Source: Sarea resinae
Lineage: Eukaryota
DNA: 64,000 nt
Direction: 5' to 3'
Assembly (NCBI GenBank): GCA_026026165.1
Contig: JAPEUD010000003.1
Span: 496,001-560,000 of the forward strand
The notes below the pieces were generated by a model, which searched no databases, was not told the DNA's origin, and saw nothing but the letters and a program-made list of their open reading frames with translations. A program made the translations under genes and the position numbers. Below are positions 26,134 to 39,649 of this stretch, in pieces (positions within the stretch are counted from its first letter, which is position 1; each line of letters begins with the position of its first letter).

Positions 26134-28135
26134 ATGGACGATTCTCCCGATCGCATCGGTCCAGACATGGGCCCGAGGAGGAGTTTTGCAGATAAGGCAA
26201 GAGGGCTAGTAAGAGCCTTCACGACAAAGTATGATGGTACTTGTGCGCTATCTAGGTATTGTTTCTAATACCGCTACAGAGATGGCCTCATCGGGAATTA
26301 TGACTACGCCTTTCTGTTCAAACCGAATATACCATTTCTGAAAAAGGCACGAAGAGCAGCGCCTTTCTTTGGGCTGAATGACAGAATGCCCGTTATTCTG
26401 GCACTTCTGCTTGGGTTCCAGCATGCTCTGTCTATGCTGGCAGGAAGTAAGAGCCCTTTGACTACACTTAGATGATGCCGCTAACAGAACAGTCATTACC
26501 CCTCCCATCATAATTGCAGGCCAGGCGGGCGCAAATCTAGCTCAAGCACAATCCCAGTACCTGGTTTCCACATCCTTGATCGTCAGCGGTCTTCTCTCTG
26601 CGATCCAGATTACAAGATTCCACTTTTATAAGACCCCCTATTATCTGGGAACGGGCTTAATATCGGTGTATGTATCTTCAATGTTATAGAGATGAACGTC
26701 GCTCATATCTACCAGGGTTGGTACCTCCTTCGCCATTATTCCCGTAGCTACAGGTGCCTTCGCCCAGATGTACAAATCGGGATTCTGCCCCACGGCCGCA
26801 GATGGCACGAAGCTCCCGTGTCCGGACGGCTATGGTGCCCTACTCGCGACATCCTGCGTCTGCGCCCTTCTCGAGATCCTTCTCTCCTTCACTTCGCCCA
26901 AATACCTCAAGAAGTTCTTCCCTCCTCTGGTGACAGGCCCCACAGTCACCCTAATCGGAGTGTCCCTCATCGAGACCGGTCTCCAGGACTGGGCCGGTGG
27001 CAGCGGAAGCTGCCTCGGTCGTCCCACCAGCGGGGACTACATGCTTTGTCCTTCGAACGGGGCCCCACACGCCCTTGCGTGGGGAAGTGCGGAGTTCATT
27101 GGGCTGGGTTTCTCGGTCTTCCTGACCATCATCCTCTGCGAACGCTTCGGTAGCCCAATCATGAAGTCATGTGCCGTCGTCATCGGCCTCCTTGTGGGCT
27201 GCATCATCGCCGCCGCCTGCGGCTATTTCAGTAGTTCTGGCATCAACGCTGCCCCGGCGGCCTCTTTCATATGGGTCCACACATTCAAATTATCCGTCTA
27301 TGGCCCTATAGTCTTACCGCTGCTGGCCGTCTACATAGTGCTCATGATGGAAGCCATCGGCGACATCACAGCCACATGCGATGTCTCTCACCTCGAAGTT
27401 GACGGAGCTCTCTTCGATTCCCGTATTCAAGGTGGCGTCCTAGCGGACGGTATCAATGGCGTCCTCGCGGGGCTTTGCACCATCACCTCGATGAGCACAT
27501 TTGCTCAAAACAACGGCGTCATTGCCCTGACACGCTGTGCGAATCGCAAAGCCGGATATGCCTGTTGTTTCTTTTTGCTCATCATGGGCATTTTCTCGAA
27601 ATTCGCCGCCGCCCTGGTTGCGATTCCAAGCGCGGTCTTGGGAGGTATGACTACGTTCTTGTTTGGTGCAGTTGCGGCGTCTGGACTGCGCATTATTTCT
27701 ACCGTGCCATTTACGCGGCGCAATCGGTTTATTCTTACAGCGGCCATGGCTGTTGGGTTTGGTGCCACGTTGGTCCCGGAGTAAGTCTCATCTCTGTTCC
27801 TTTCCGATTCAATTTGTTCGTATACTGACCTTCCCATCAGCTGGTTCTCCTACGTGTTCACTTATAATGGCAATAACCACGCCAAGCAGGGCTTCTTCAA
27901 TGCTATCGTCCTGGTAATGGAAACCGGGTTCGCTGTAACGGCCTTCCTAGCCATCATCTTAAACCTCATCTTACCAGAAGAAATTGAAAGCGAGGCGATA
28001 GATACTACGGCCGTGGTCGAGGAGGACGAAGCCGATGATGAGGAATGGAGACGTATTGACCGGGTTGGGAAGGAGGGCGAAGATACCGTCAATGGTGGCG
28101 AGCGCAACGGTCACGCAGATGAGATCAAGGGCTAA
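26134..28135 (+). CDS. uapA: Uric acid-xanthine permease, NAT/NCS2 family (UapA/UapC-like)
   Basis: LLGFQHALSMLAG, NAT signature FAQNNGVIALTRCANR, METGFAVTAF; four introns. uapA versus uapC orthology is not resolved. Confidence 0.9.
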
Positions 28136-28709
28136 AATTGAGCTACGGGGCTCACTGGCTCTGGAGTCATTTCTTCTCTTTCTGGCATTTGGGTTTCTGG
28201 GGTTTGGCTCGTATTGGTGTCTGCTCCATGCATTACTCTGTACACAATAGTCCATTTCGGCATTAGATCTTCCTTTCGTCTTGGGGCTGGAGACGCCACT
28301 GGGCATCGCGCCAGGAAGGGAAAACTATATAACACGAATCGAAGAAGAGCACTTGGCCTTTTTCAATCCACGAACTAGCTAGATACCAGTAGGTCAGGAG
28401 GTGATAGAGGCCTTAGGTACCTATATATACCTTAGGTAGGTAGATATCGAGGGTACGAAGTACGTACCGCAAGACTTATCTTAAGGCGGGCAAGGTATGG
28501 CCAGATCAGATCTTATCAGTACTCTACCACATAATCATCTTATCACGTGTAACCAAGAACGTCGAACAGCGCGTTCCCAGTCTCAGTGAAGTCAACCTCA
28601 CGTAGTTACTCCGAGACCATCTGTACAGATAATCGTTGCGCCGCCAGCCAGTGGTCAACCCTGTGCGTTCTTTTCGTCGCTCGTCATATTAACCGGCCGG
28701 AGCGCGCAC

Positions 28710-29417
28710 ATGGCGGAACAAACCCTTAACGTGCCGCAGCTCTTCGCCATCATCCTCATCGTCTTCCTCGGCGTACGATGGCTATTCAAATCGACGTCGA
28801 ATAATGGGAGCAGCAGCAGCGCCAATGGACAGGTACAAGGAGGACGCAATGCAACCGGAGCACGAGGGCGAGTGATCGATCCGAGACAGGTGGACCAGAT
28901 CGCGCAAATGTTCCCGCAACTTTCACGGAGGGAGATCCACTGGGATTTGCAGAGGAACGGAGGAAGTGTCACGGCGACCACGGAGAGGATATTGAGCGGT
29001 AGAGGTCTGGAAAGAGTGAGTCTGCCTGTCGCAACCGTCCTTGTCTTCGATTGAGCTTGCGCTGACTGGATCTCTTCTCAACAGCCGCCTATCTCCTTTC
29101 AGCCACAACCTCCCACAAATCATGCAACAGCGTCAGGTCGGTCAAACGCATCTTCATCTATCCCTTCAAAGCCAACCTATCCCGACCTTATCACTCGCTA
29201 CAACCTATCGTCGAAAATATCGCCTCCTCCTTCAGACTCAAGCTCGACGGGGGCAGATGCTGGGCCCGCAAGTAAACCAGCGGGGAAGAATGTATGGTCA
29301 CAGAATAAGAATGAGCGGCAGCAAATATTTCAGCGGCGCAGGGAAGAAATGATCCTGGAAGCAAGGCGGAAACTGCAAGAGAAGGAGCAGGCAAAGGCCA
29401 AGGGTAGTAGTACATAG
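28710..29417 (+). CDS. CUE1: CUE-domain ERAD factor
   Basis: N-terminal TM, CUE domain QMFPQLSRREIHWDLQRNGGSVTATTERIL, PDLITRYNL, C-terminal WSQNKNERQ..RREEMILEARRK; one intron ~29016-29084. Confidence 0.85.
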
Positions 29418-30086
29418 AGGGCAACGTGAGGGCGGGCAGGCTTTGCTCTTCCCCGCATGTGCTCATTGGCATATAACATGGGCGAGGGACTAGCGTTGAT
29501 CTTCACTCTAGATATTGTTTCCAAAGCAAGGCGTTTGGCATGCGGCTTGAGGTCTCGAATTATGATGCCGTTCACAACTTTGCCATGCAGTCTGCCTGAT
29601 ATTGGAAAGGCGAAAGACCTACTATGTATCCATCAATGCTCCTATTTCGTATTCAAAGCCAAGATGTAAGAGAAAGGAAAGCGCCAAGAGAACACGTTTG
29701 GGATGATTCGCCATAGAGAGAGTCTATGTGTCCGTCATGCTGGCTGCTGTCATCTTGGCCTGCCGCTTTACCGACAAAGAATCGCTGGCCACCCCCAAGG
29801 TAATCACCACAATGCGGCACAAAAGAGCCGCTTACCTCATCGTAATCCCAAGACCCTGGCAGCTGCCCCGCCGATTTCCCCAACCCCACCAATTTCCACC
29901 GCCCTCTTGCGCATAAATCGCGTCGATCTGTCCCACCAAACACCAAGAGCCCATTTGCATCATCATTATCATCGCCATCGCCATCATCGAACATTTTCAA
30001 GAAGAATCCCACATAACACCAAATACCATATCCCGAAACAACCCCTACGATTAGAGTGACGGTTAAAAAGTCATACAAGCGCCAAT

Positions 30087-30704
30087 ATGCCCGCCCAACT
30101 GAGCCCCGAGTTCGAGCAGGCCTGCGAGGACAGCCGCAAGTTGACCGAGAAGCCATCATCCGATGAGCTGTTGCAGGTGAGCACTAGCAACTCTCAATCC
30201 GCAATGGCGGAAGCTGCATCATGCATTTGCCACCGCATCTGCGTTCTGCGATTTTATCTGCACTATGGCATCCACTGACCGCGGGTTCGTCGAAAACCAG
30301 CTCTACGCGCTCTTCCGCCAAGGCCGCCAAGATCCCCCCTGGGACCCCTCGAAGTCTCGCCCAGGCGTCTTCTCCCTCCAAGTACGTCGTCAGCCTATAT
30401 CTCCCCTCCTCGCCTACTCTCGTCCTCCTTCTTTTTCCTCTTCTCCGTTTCGCTGTGATAGCACTCACTCTACCCTGCCACTCCCCCCTCCTTCTTCCCC
30501 AAATCACCACCCATCAAAATCAGCGCATCTGACACCAGCCGCGTGATTCAACAGGAACGCTACAAGTACGACGCATGGAAAGAACTTGTCGACGAGGACG
30601 TGTCGGCCGAGGAGGCCCAGCGCCGCTACGTCAAGCTGGTCGAGGAGCTCAAGGTCAAATACAAGTTCGATCCGAGCAAGCAGCCCGAGCATGTGAAGAA
30701 ATAG
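30087..30704 (+). CDS. ACB1: Acyl-CoA-binding protein
   Basis: Spliced MPAQLSPEFEQACEDSRKLTEKPSSDELLQ/LYALFRQG..PGVFSLQ/ERYKYDAWKELVDE..AQRRYVKLVEELK; two introns. Confidence 0.88.
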
Positions 30705-31621
30705 ACGGCGGGAGAAGGCTCGATCTAGCATCAGGGGTTGATTGACGGGAGGGGCGGCGGCGGCGGCGGGCGGGAGATTTGCGTGGGTCAAGATAAAACT
30801 CATCTCTGTCGACGTCGACATCGATGTCGAGGCGGAGGCGGAGGCAGAGGTCCAAGGGACGAGGAGGCCAGGCATATGGTATGGGTTGAGATACCGAGGC
30901 TAGATGAAAGCACGCATATGGGCGATATGGAGGGTGTTTGAAACGGGTGGAAAGAGTGGAGCTGAAGATCGTCTTATCTAACTCTAGATGGAAGACAGCT
31001 TCGTTCGATATCTTTCAATCCACATGAAATCCACATTAGAAGACAACATCCGATCTGACCTTCCTCGCTCTCTATACGGACCCCCGCATCCGTCATCTTC
31101 CCCTCTCCTGCCCCTTCCTGACCTTACCTTACCTCATCATGAAAGCCATCCGTCTTCACACCTCGCGGCACGGAAGCAATCGGTATCCCGCAGCCCGTCA
31201 GGCGCGCAGTAGCTCACTGGCACTGACCATTCCCAAGACAGTCCATTCCCATCGGATCGCAGTGACAGCACGTAGCTCCTCCACCTGCCTGGATGCATGT
31301 ATACGGTGTAAATGGGGCACTGTATACTCGAGGACTTAGCCCCGAAAGTCTGCAGAACGGAACGGAGGAAGAACGGGATAAGAATCCCGTGGAATGGATT
31401 TACTAGCTATGGCTACAGGTATTGATGTGCATCTGTCTTAGAAGAAGACTCGTTTCGGTTTCCGTGCGCGTTATTAAATGATACGGATGTCGAGACCAAA
31501 GCGGCCCCGGACTGGCACTGCTATGGATGTGATATCATATGTGCTGCGTGTAAGTACAAGCCGTGTCAAGCGCCTCCCGTGATGTAGTGGGCCCTCCGTC
31601 CTGGAAGCACGCCGAGAGATG

Positions 31622-31625
<4 letters not shown>

Positions 31626-31660
<35 letters not shown>
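31626..31660. repeat. (GA)n microsatellite
   Basis: Direct observation. Confidence 0.95.
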
Positions 31661-31663
<3 letters not shown>

Positions 31664-31685
31664 CGGCGAGGCGGGCTCAGCCCAC

Positions 31686-33143
31686 CTACTGTTTTATGTA
31701 GAAATGCTCGCCGGTCTCGAGGACCTTGATCGCGTCGCCCACTCTGATCGTACTCTTCTCGGCGCCGGGGACCATCTGCATGCCCAGACATGCCAGGTTC
31801 GGCGCGCCGTCGTCGACGATCCGGAAGGATCGGAGGACCTTGTTGGGCTGGGACGCATGCTTGATGCCCGTCGCTGGGTCGACGTTGGGCAGCATGCAAC
31901 GCGCGGTTCGGCACGCGACGTGGTAGATATATGGGCCGATCAGGATCTTCTTCCATGTTTCTTCTGTGTATGCTGCTGGGCCCGTGACTGCGACGAGGGA
32001 GGAGAGAGAAGTCAGTTGAGGCTATGGTGATTTGGAGAGGAGGGAGGAGGTGTAGAAGGGGGGATTTACTTATTATGTTTGCGCGGAAGCGTTCGATGGT
32101 CAATCGGAGAGGTTCAGATAAGATTCGCTTTTCGACCTCCCGGACGCTGGCGAGGTTGAGGATGTGCAGAGGGTACTTTGCAAACATATCAGTGATCTAA
32201 TTTGGGTACAAAGCATTCGTTAATGGAAGCTTACTGCGTCCGCAAACCCGGTTATGGGTTGATAGCCCAGCTGCTCTTTCCTGGGCGCGCATCGGTACAC
32301 CTCTCGGTGATTGTCGACCTTGAAGAGCGTGAACGGTCGTTTAACGCCGAGGAACGAGCTCAGTTCCGGCGGGAGATGACTGCCCATATTGAGCGCATAC
32401 GGGGCATCTTTCCAGATCGTCATTTTCTCGTTTGTGTAGCCACGCCTCGAGATCATCTCTGGTGTTGGGTCGAAGGGCACTTTGATGGACATTTCTGGCT
32501 CCCCTATCAGAGGGGCCGCGAGTCCGGCCAGCTGCCCTCGCCATCCTGGCTGCTTGTATGGGAACGTCATTATGATTACTCCGCCGCTTTGGACGTCAAG
32601 AGATTTGGTGGAGTAGCCAGGGGAATCTGGGTCCGGCACCCAGATTTGCGTCTTGACTCTTGCAAGCAGAGGCAATTGGCGTTGGGTAACAAATGCCCAG
32701 TGTTCTTCCTGTTCCTCTGGCTTCTGAGAGTCTCCAGTTGTCGTCGGTTTCTTCAATTCCGCGAATGAGAATTGTCGGTCGTATCTCATGCCCGTGCTGA
32801 CGACCTCTCCGCGATTCAACTCAACACCCTTGCAGCTTTTGACTGGATAAATCCACAAGCTTTTGACCCGCCAGCGTTCCGTGCCGTCGGCAATCTGGCC
32901 CTGTTCTACTCCCTCCTCATATTTGCTGTCGTACTCGTCGGAGATGTTGCTCCTGATCCTTAGACCCAGCTTCCTGCAACCCCGCGGTGCAGACTGTTGC
33001 CTGCGCCTGCTAGAAACCTCGACGTAAACCAGGACAAATATGGGTGTAAAGCAGAGGAGAGATGTGTAGAAGAGGAAGTACGGCACGGAGAGCTCGAGCT
33101 TGGGCAGGAATTTCAAGTTCGGAAAGGGTATCGGGAGCGACAT
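31686..33143 (-). CDS. MOSC-domain protein (mARC-like) with N-terminal membrane anchor
   Basis: SLWIYPVKSCKG, YDRQF, GFADAYPLHILNLAS, RFRANII, RCMLPNVDPATG; two introns. Confidence 0.88.
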
Positions 33144-33783
33144 CTTACGGGGCGTGCTTCAAAGGCTCCGAAGTTTCTGGCTCTCTCTCTCTCTGTCAAA
33201 CACGACTTCATGGAGAAAAAAATTTTTCAATACTCACTGAGGGCTTGGAATCGACTCGAGGTTCAATAATGCGACTGCTTTATTCCGAACGACCGCGCCA
33301 CAACCGGCCTAGCGATCCTTCAACAGCAAAGGCTTCGAGATGTCACTCATTCGACGGGTCCCCTCATCGAGAAAGTGGAAGTGGGACCGGTGAAGAAACT
33401 GCCTTTGATGGCGATGAGATGGTGGTGCTTGGTAAAGCCGCCATCTGGGTCCGTAAACAGCTTGCCAGAGTGCCTTCTCTCAAGTGCGGGAATATCTGAC
33501 AGCTCGCGGGAGCCGAATCCGCCAATGGTGAAGTTAAAAAGCTAATCGAAAAGACAATTTTAGTGAACATATGTTGCACGTCGCCGCTTGCAGAGAAGGC
33601 ATTAGCTTATCGAAATATACTGTGTCCTCATGAATGTTATATAAGTTTGGTAAGGTAGTCATGACTTCAAGCATTGCTTGACTACCTAGAAACGTTGTAG
33701 CAGTAAAGTAGTAGAACTGGAGATTAATATGCGAGCCCACGAACGCGGCTTCCAAACGCGCAGCAGCTTTCATCTCAACTCGA

Positions 33784-35184
33784 ATGGACAATCAGAGCAC
33801 AGCAAACACTTCTTCGCCATCCTCCCGTAAGTTTCTAGGATGAGTCTCACACTGCTTTGGCTAATTTTTCAGATCGACTACCCACCGTCTCCGCGTCGCA
33901 GGCGCTTCTCAGCTTAGGATCGTCACAATCTAGACGCGTCTCCACGGGTCTGATTCAGATCGACAGATATCTTCTGCGCAATGTTGTTCAGAGCGAAAAT
34001 CAGCCGAACGGTCAAGGCGGTCTGAATAGAGGCCAGATTACTGAAGTCTATGGGCCTCCGGGAGTGGGCAAAACTACACTGGCGTAAGCTCCGGCAAAAT
34101 TGGGAAATTCTCATTTCACATCCTTTGGCATCAATCTTACAGCTGTCAGATTGCAAGTCAGCGCAAACGCTCTTCGATCGGGAGACCATGTGGTTTGGGT
34201 GGGTCAGTGGATCGATCTACAGCAGATCCGTGTCAAGCCCTTTTAGCTCATATCTTATTATACAGATACCTCGTTTCCCTTGGTAGGGTCGCGTTTAAAA
34301 GATATTGTCTCAGGCCTCAATGATGTGGCAGATACGCCGCTATCTTCAGCGACCGTTGTGCAGGACGTGGAAAATCTCTTGGAAGGATTTCATCATGTTA
34401 TAGCGCCTACCCTACCTCATCTAATAGCATTGTTATGCCACCCGACTCCATCATTTCCGCCCCCGAAGACAGGCCTCATTGTGGTGGATTCGATATCAGC
34501 TTCATTCAGTACCGCATTTCAGAAACCGCAGAGCCAGTCACTCTTGCGTCCTGAAGGCAAACCAAAGCTTACGAAGAAGCAACAAGATGCCAAGCAATTC
34601 GCGGGAAGTCGAAGATATGACACAATGGGCGACTTCGTCTCGAAGCTTGGACGACTCGCTGCGACAAGAAACGTCGCCGTCCTCGTCACTAATCAAACTG
34701 TCACCAGAATGAGAGCAGACGCAAATGCGGCCCTTTTCCCTGCGGTTGCCGGAATTGTCTGGGATGCTGGCATTGCCAGCCGTATATGTCTGTTTCGGGA
34801 CTTCCCTCCTCTGCAGGATGATGGTGCACAATATGCAGAAGAGAATCGGAAGACAAGATGTGCGGCGGTAGTGAAAGCCGGCGGACTCGTTATCAAAAGG
34901 CATGAGAGAATGGCGCATTTCACAATCAACGCAGTAAGTCGTGCAACTTGTCGCTATCTTTCAAGGCTTACATGTCGCAGAACGGTCTACGAGAGACTCT
35001 ATTGCAGCCTGTCCCTGCGGAGGCTGCTGGCACTCCCGAGCCGCGGAAGAGGAAGCACAACGAAGTCGCAGATAGTCAATCAGAAGATGGCGTAGACTCG
35101 GATAAAGAATACGGGTGGATGGTCGACGAGGTTGACGAGAATTTGACGGAACCACAATTCGAGCATGATGACACCTCAAAATAA
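33784..35184 (+). CDS. RAD55: Rad51 paralogue (Rad55/Rhp55-like) DNA repair protein
   Basis: HRLPTVSASQAL, GGLNRGQITEVYGPPGVGKT (Walker A), LIVVDSIS (Walker B), RKRKHNEVADSQSEDG..EYGW; four introns. Confidence 0.82.
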
Positions 35185-38100
35185 CCTGGAAGCCAGCGGA
35201 TAGTTTGATATCGATGATCTCATCGCGATGAACGAGACTTGGGCTGAAACTCTTGAGTACCATGACGGCATCTCGAAAACGGCTAGCCAGGACTGATAGT
35301 ATCAATATCGGGAAAGACCTTGCTCTGCAGTCTACACCAACATAAGACTCAGCACGCATGTTCCATGGCATCGGATCCGTCAGCTTCTCGAGTAGATACG
35401 CTTGGTCGATGTCAACCAAAACGAGAGGCGGTGTAGGAAGTCAGCACGGGCAGACACCAAAGCATATGCCAAGCCATTCGTGTGAAGACAACAACAGATA
35501 TTGACTTTCCACAGGATGAGATGGAAGCAGATAATCAGCAGCCCATCTATATCATATTAATAGCGTTGCGAATTATGCAGTACCTTATTCGTACGTGTTT
35601 CCGAGTCGGGCATACCGGTCCTCTGGATCTTTTACCCCACGTTTTCCCCGCGCTCTCTCGCTTGACCGCAAGCCTACCATCCAATCTATTCGTCCATCCA
35701 TCCATCCATCCATTTCACCTCCTATCAAACAATCTGGAAAAAGGAAGCGCCATATCGCACTAGGAAATTCGGGACGCACCTCCGCAGTCGACGCCACTGT
35801 CGTCGTTGTACTTTATTTGCACTCTAATTCCAACACGCGGGTCTACGAATGAAATATGTGTGGAAATGTTGTCTCAGCCACCCATAACCGGCCCGAACTG
35901 CTAATGTCTCTATCCGTCCGTCAGGTCTCGGGCTGGGCGCGTTGGCAATGTCAGTTGGACTATCGTATCATGGCGGACGTTTGGCATGTGAAATGATGCG
36001 TGAGGATCAGGGGGTTCCAACCCCAGACGCACTTGTTCAGTAGAGGCACAGTATAACTCGTAAGCACCACAGCTACAGAGGACAGCAACTTATAGCAGAA
36101 AACAAGAATCTGAAGTCGGGGTAATGTGGGGGAATAGCAACAAGCTCGTGTCGACCAGCACCCACCCCATTGTCTCATTATTTTTTTTGGTGGTGATAGA
36201 AGGGGGCAGAAGATGATTACCACTGAGCGGTGAACGCTACATCCTCTACAGATTGCGTTTGATGCAAGGACATCGATCGCATTATTTGCGCCCGACCAAG
36301 GCGCCGCACCGCACTGCATGCATTGCATTGCAGTGTGGCGCCATCAGCACAAGATGGATAAGCCGAATGCATATCCAGCTCCTGCCTGCTGAGTACCTAC
36401 GTTGATCTACGGGGACTGTATGGTCGGCCTTGCTGCCTCGACGCACCCTGCCCACCCTGCCCACCCCACCCACCCCACGACCCCTGACGCGAATCACAGC
36501 GGCTAGACGCAGCATCGCCAGCATCGCCAGCATCGCCAGCATCACGGCATTATTGCGCCCCTCGCATCTTCAGCAAGCAGACAAGCAGGCAAGCAAGCAG
36601 GCATCTGCAACACCCACCCGATCCCCTCTCACCCATCCCTACAGCAGGCACGCATGCAACCATCACGCCAACGGATATGTGGGAGGATGTCGATCTCCCC
36701 GGCCCCAACCTTGTCCGTCCGCAGTATCCCCACTGCGTATGATCTGATCTCTGCTCTGGGCCTGTAGGGTATTCCATCTTCCTCAGGCCATGACGGCGAA
36801 ATGCTCGTCTCGTCTTGTCTTACCTAACCCAACCCAACCCCACACCTCGAGGCATCAGGCGCATCAGCGCATCAGCAGAGGCGGAGATCGGTAGGTAGGT
36901 AGGTAAGCATGAGCACATACAGCGCTGCACCTCGTGCATATGTGAATCCGAGGTGTTGTACGTACCTGAAATCTGCAATACTCTAGCAGGAGAATCGTAG
37001 GCAAGGCAAGGTAGAGCAGAGCAACATAGAGCAAGGAAGCGCGCTGAGAATGATGTGATACCTACCTACCAACCTACCTACCATACCTACCTAGAGTGTG
37101 TGGGGTCCCCAGACCGGCACAGGAGGTAGGTAACGATACTAAGGTACAGGTACGTAAGGCAAGCAAGCGTAGCAGCACGACAGCCTCCCTGAGGTACCTA
37201 GACCTACTTCGTACATAGTAGACGGGGGGTATCAAATCGTCACGCACATTACATTGCATACCCGAGGCACCCACCACCAAGAGGCCCAAGGTGGTTTGTT
37301 TACACCGCACATCACACCACCACCTAACCGCCCCTCCGTACCTAGAAGTCAGTCAGTCAGGTCAGCGCACCATTCATTCGCGCCTTACCTATGCCATTTC
37401 CATGCCTTGTATCCCTTATGACCCTAATACCCCTAGGGAATAAATCCCCCGTGGTTTGCCCGTCCCGACGACTATCTGCTCACATGTGTACTAGGATAGT
37501 CAATATCTGTAGATCGGCACGACTCTTGCTTGCGGATGTAGCATACAGGTACGTAGATAGATAGATAGATAGATACAAGTGTTGTTGTTGTGTGTAGAAG
37601 GGTCTCGGGAGGGAAATTCGATTTAGATTTATTATCTGAGTTTATATTTATTTTTTTTTAGGCGGGGGAAAGAGGGGGAAGGGGGCCTGATATCGTTCTC
37701 TCGATCCCACAGTTTCATAGAAAACTCACCTTTTCTCTATCCATACAAAAGTAAATAAATAAAAGAAACAAAAAACAAAGAGACCCCCCCGAGACCCATC
37801 CTAACAGCTCTATCAGGCAGAGCCCACCCCCTCTCTACCATTCATCTCTGTCTCTGTACCGCTGTCCGTAATCTACTACGTACATACTCCGGAGTATATA
37901 TCAAAACATCCAAGAACCAACCCAACTCATCCCCATATATTCCTCCGCCCAATCTTTCGCTATAGCCACGGGGTACGCGTGCGTACGCGTAAGACAGACA
38001 GACAGAAAGACAGACAGATATGTCATGCCATATCAGATCCCAATCGAAAAATTTAAAAACATCAGCCCATACTCGCACGCGTCCTACCCTACCTACCTTA

Positions 38101-39457
38101 GTCTACCCTACCCTCCTCTCCCCTCCCTTCCTCTACCCTTCCCTTCCCCAGCCCAACCCGGGCCCAGCTCAGATTAATGCACCAAACCCTCCCTACTGCC
38201 CTCGTTCCCTCTGTCCTACCCTCTCTTCCCCATGAAAAAGTCCCCGCGCTCGTGCACTCTCACCCACACACTCACACTCACGCACACTACTCACACACAA
38301 ACTAAGCCCCGCTGACAGACAGACAGACAGACTGACAGACTGACCGTCAGGCTGACCAACAGGCTGACCCTCTCTAGGGCCGAGCCAGCCAGGTTGGCAC
38401 GCCATACCTCCACGCGACGCCGCTGTGATATACAGCGCATTGCAGCGCAGGTGCATTGCAGTGCTGTAGCAATTCCCGTGAAAGCTCTCTCCTCAGCTTG
38501 CGGTACGCTTTACCTGACTTCGCCTTACATACGTTCAACAGGCGACGAGCATCGATCGATAGAGGTTTGTATAGGACTATCTTTTTGAGTGCAGGTGGTG
38601 GGTTAGTGGGTAGGTAGAGTAGGGTAGAGTAGAGTAGAGTAGAGAGGGTAAGGGAAGTAGGCCATCTGGGTGTATAGAGAGTGGTGGGACGGGCTGAATA
38701 GGCACACTATATATATGATAGTGTGGGGAAAAGTCAGGGCGGTGCGGTGCGGTGCGGTGCGGTGAGGTGAGGCAACACAACAGCAGCAAGAGAGGGAGAT
38801 AGAGGCAGCGAGTTGGACCTGTCAGTGAGTTAGGCAAGACTCAAGACCCCTCCTCGTCTTCTACCTCTCCCTTTTAGCAAAACAAAGAACGAAAGAGGGC
38901 AAATAAACGCAACAAGAAAAAGACCATTCCCCCGATATCATACACCTGATCATTCTATTCCCCAGCACCACAGCAATCACGCTCTTCCTCTCCCCCCCTC
39001 TTCCTCTTCTCCTTGGCCATTCTACCGTTAGCCTAGAATGAAAATTGAAGTCCAACTCATACGGACTGTTATATCCGCTCATTGCCGCACAGTTGTACTC
39101 GCAGCATCTCCGTAACGTTTGGGGTGGCACGAGCTTGGGTAGGACGTAGAGGGCTTAGGCGTGACATCGTCGGTGAGTTTATTCTGTATCGTGAATGCCG
39201 GGGCCGAAAGAGGAAGGAAAGAAGGTCAGAGACAGGAAAAAGACAGGCGCAAATGAAATCAAGATGGGAAAAATCCAAGATGCCGATACAAACAAGCGGG
39301 GGCCGGGGCGAGACAAGGCGGGGGCAGGGGCCATCCTTATCACACCTTCTCATCCCAGAATCATGTTCTTTATTACCTCTCTTCCCTCTTCTTGAGTTAT
39401 CATGCCCCCCTTCGGCGCCGAGAATCTGCTTTCTCGCCCGATTCCGCATTCCGAATG

Positions 39458-39649
39458 CCCCGCCCCCCAGACCTGTTTCCCTAGTCGTGCGCGCCATGGT
39501 TTCCCCAGCCCCAATTGCCCCCCCGCCAAGTCCCCGCAAAACCCCAGTCAAAAACCCCCGCGTACATATCCAGCCTCAGGCCATCCCTCCTAAAACCCCA
39601 GACGCACATCATCCTCGGTGACCCCCGACCCCCGCCCCCCGCCCCCCGC
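39458..39649 (-). promoter_or_regulatory. Dense array of 11 CreA/Mig1-type SYGGRG sites
   Basis: CCCCGC/CCCCAG at 39458, 39465, 39503, 39521, 39532, 39542, 39556, 39596, 39630, 39637, 39644, all in one orientation, several with A-tract flanks. Confidence 0.55.
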
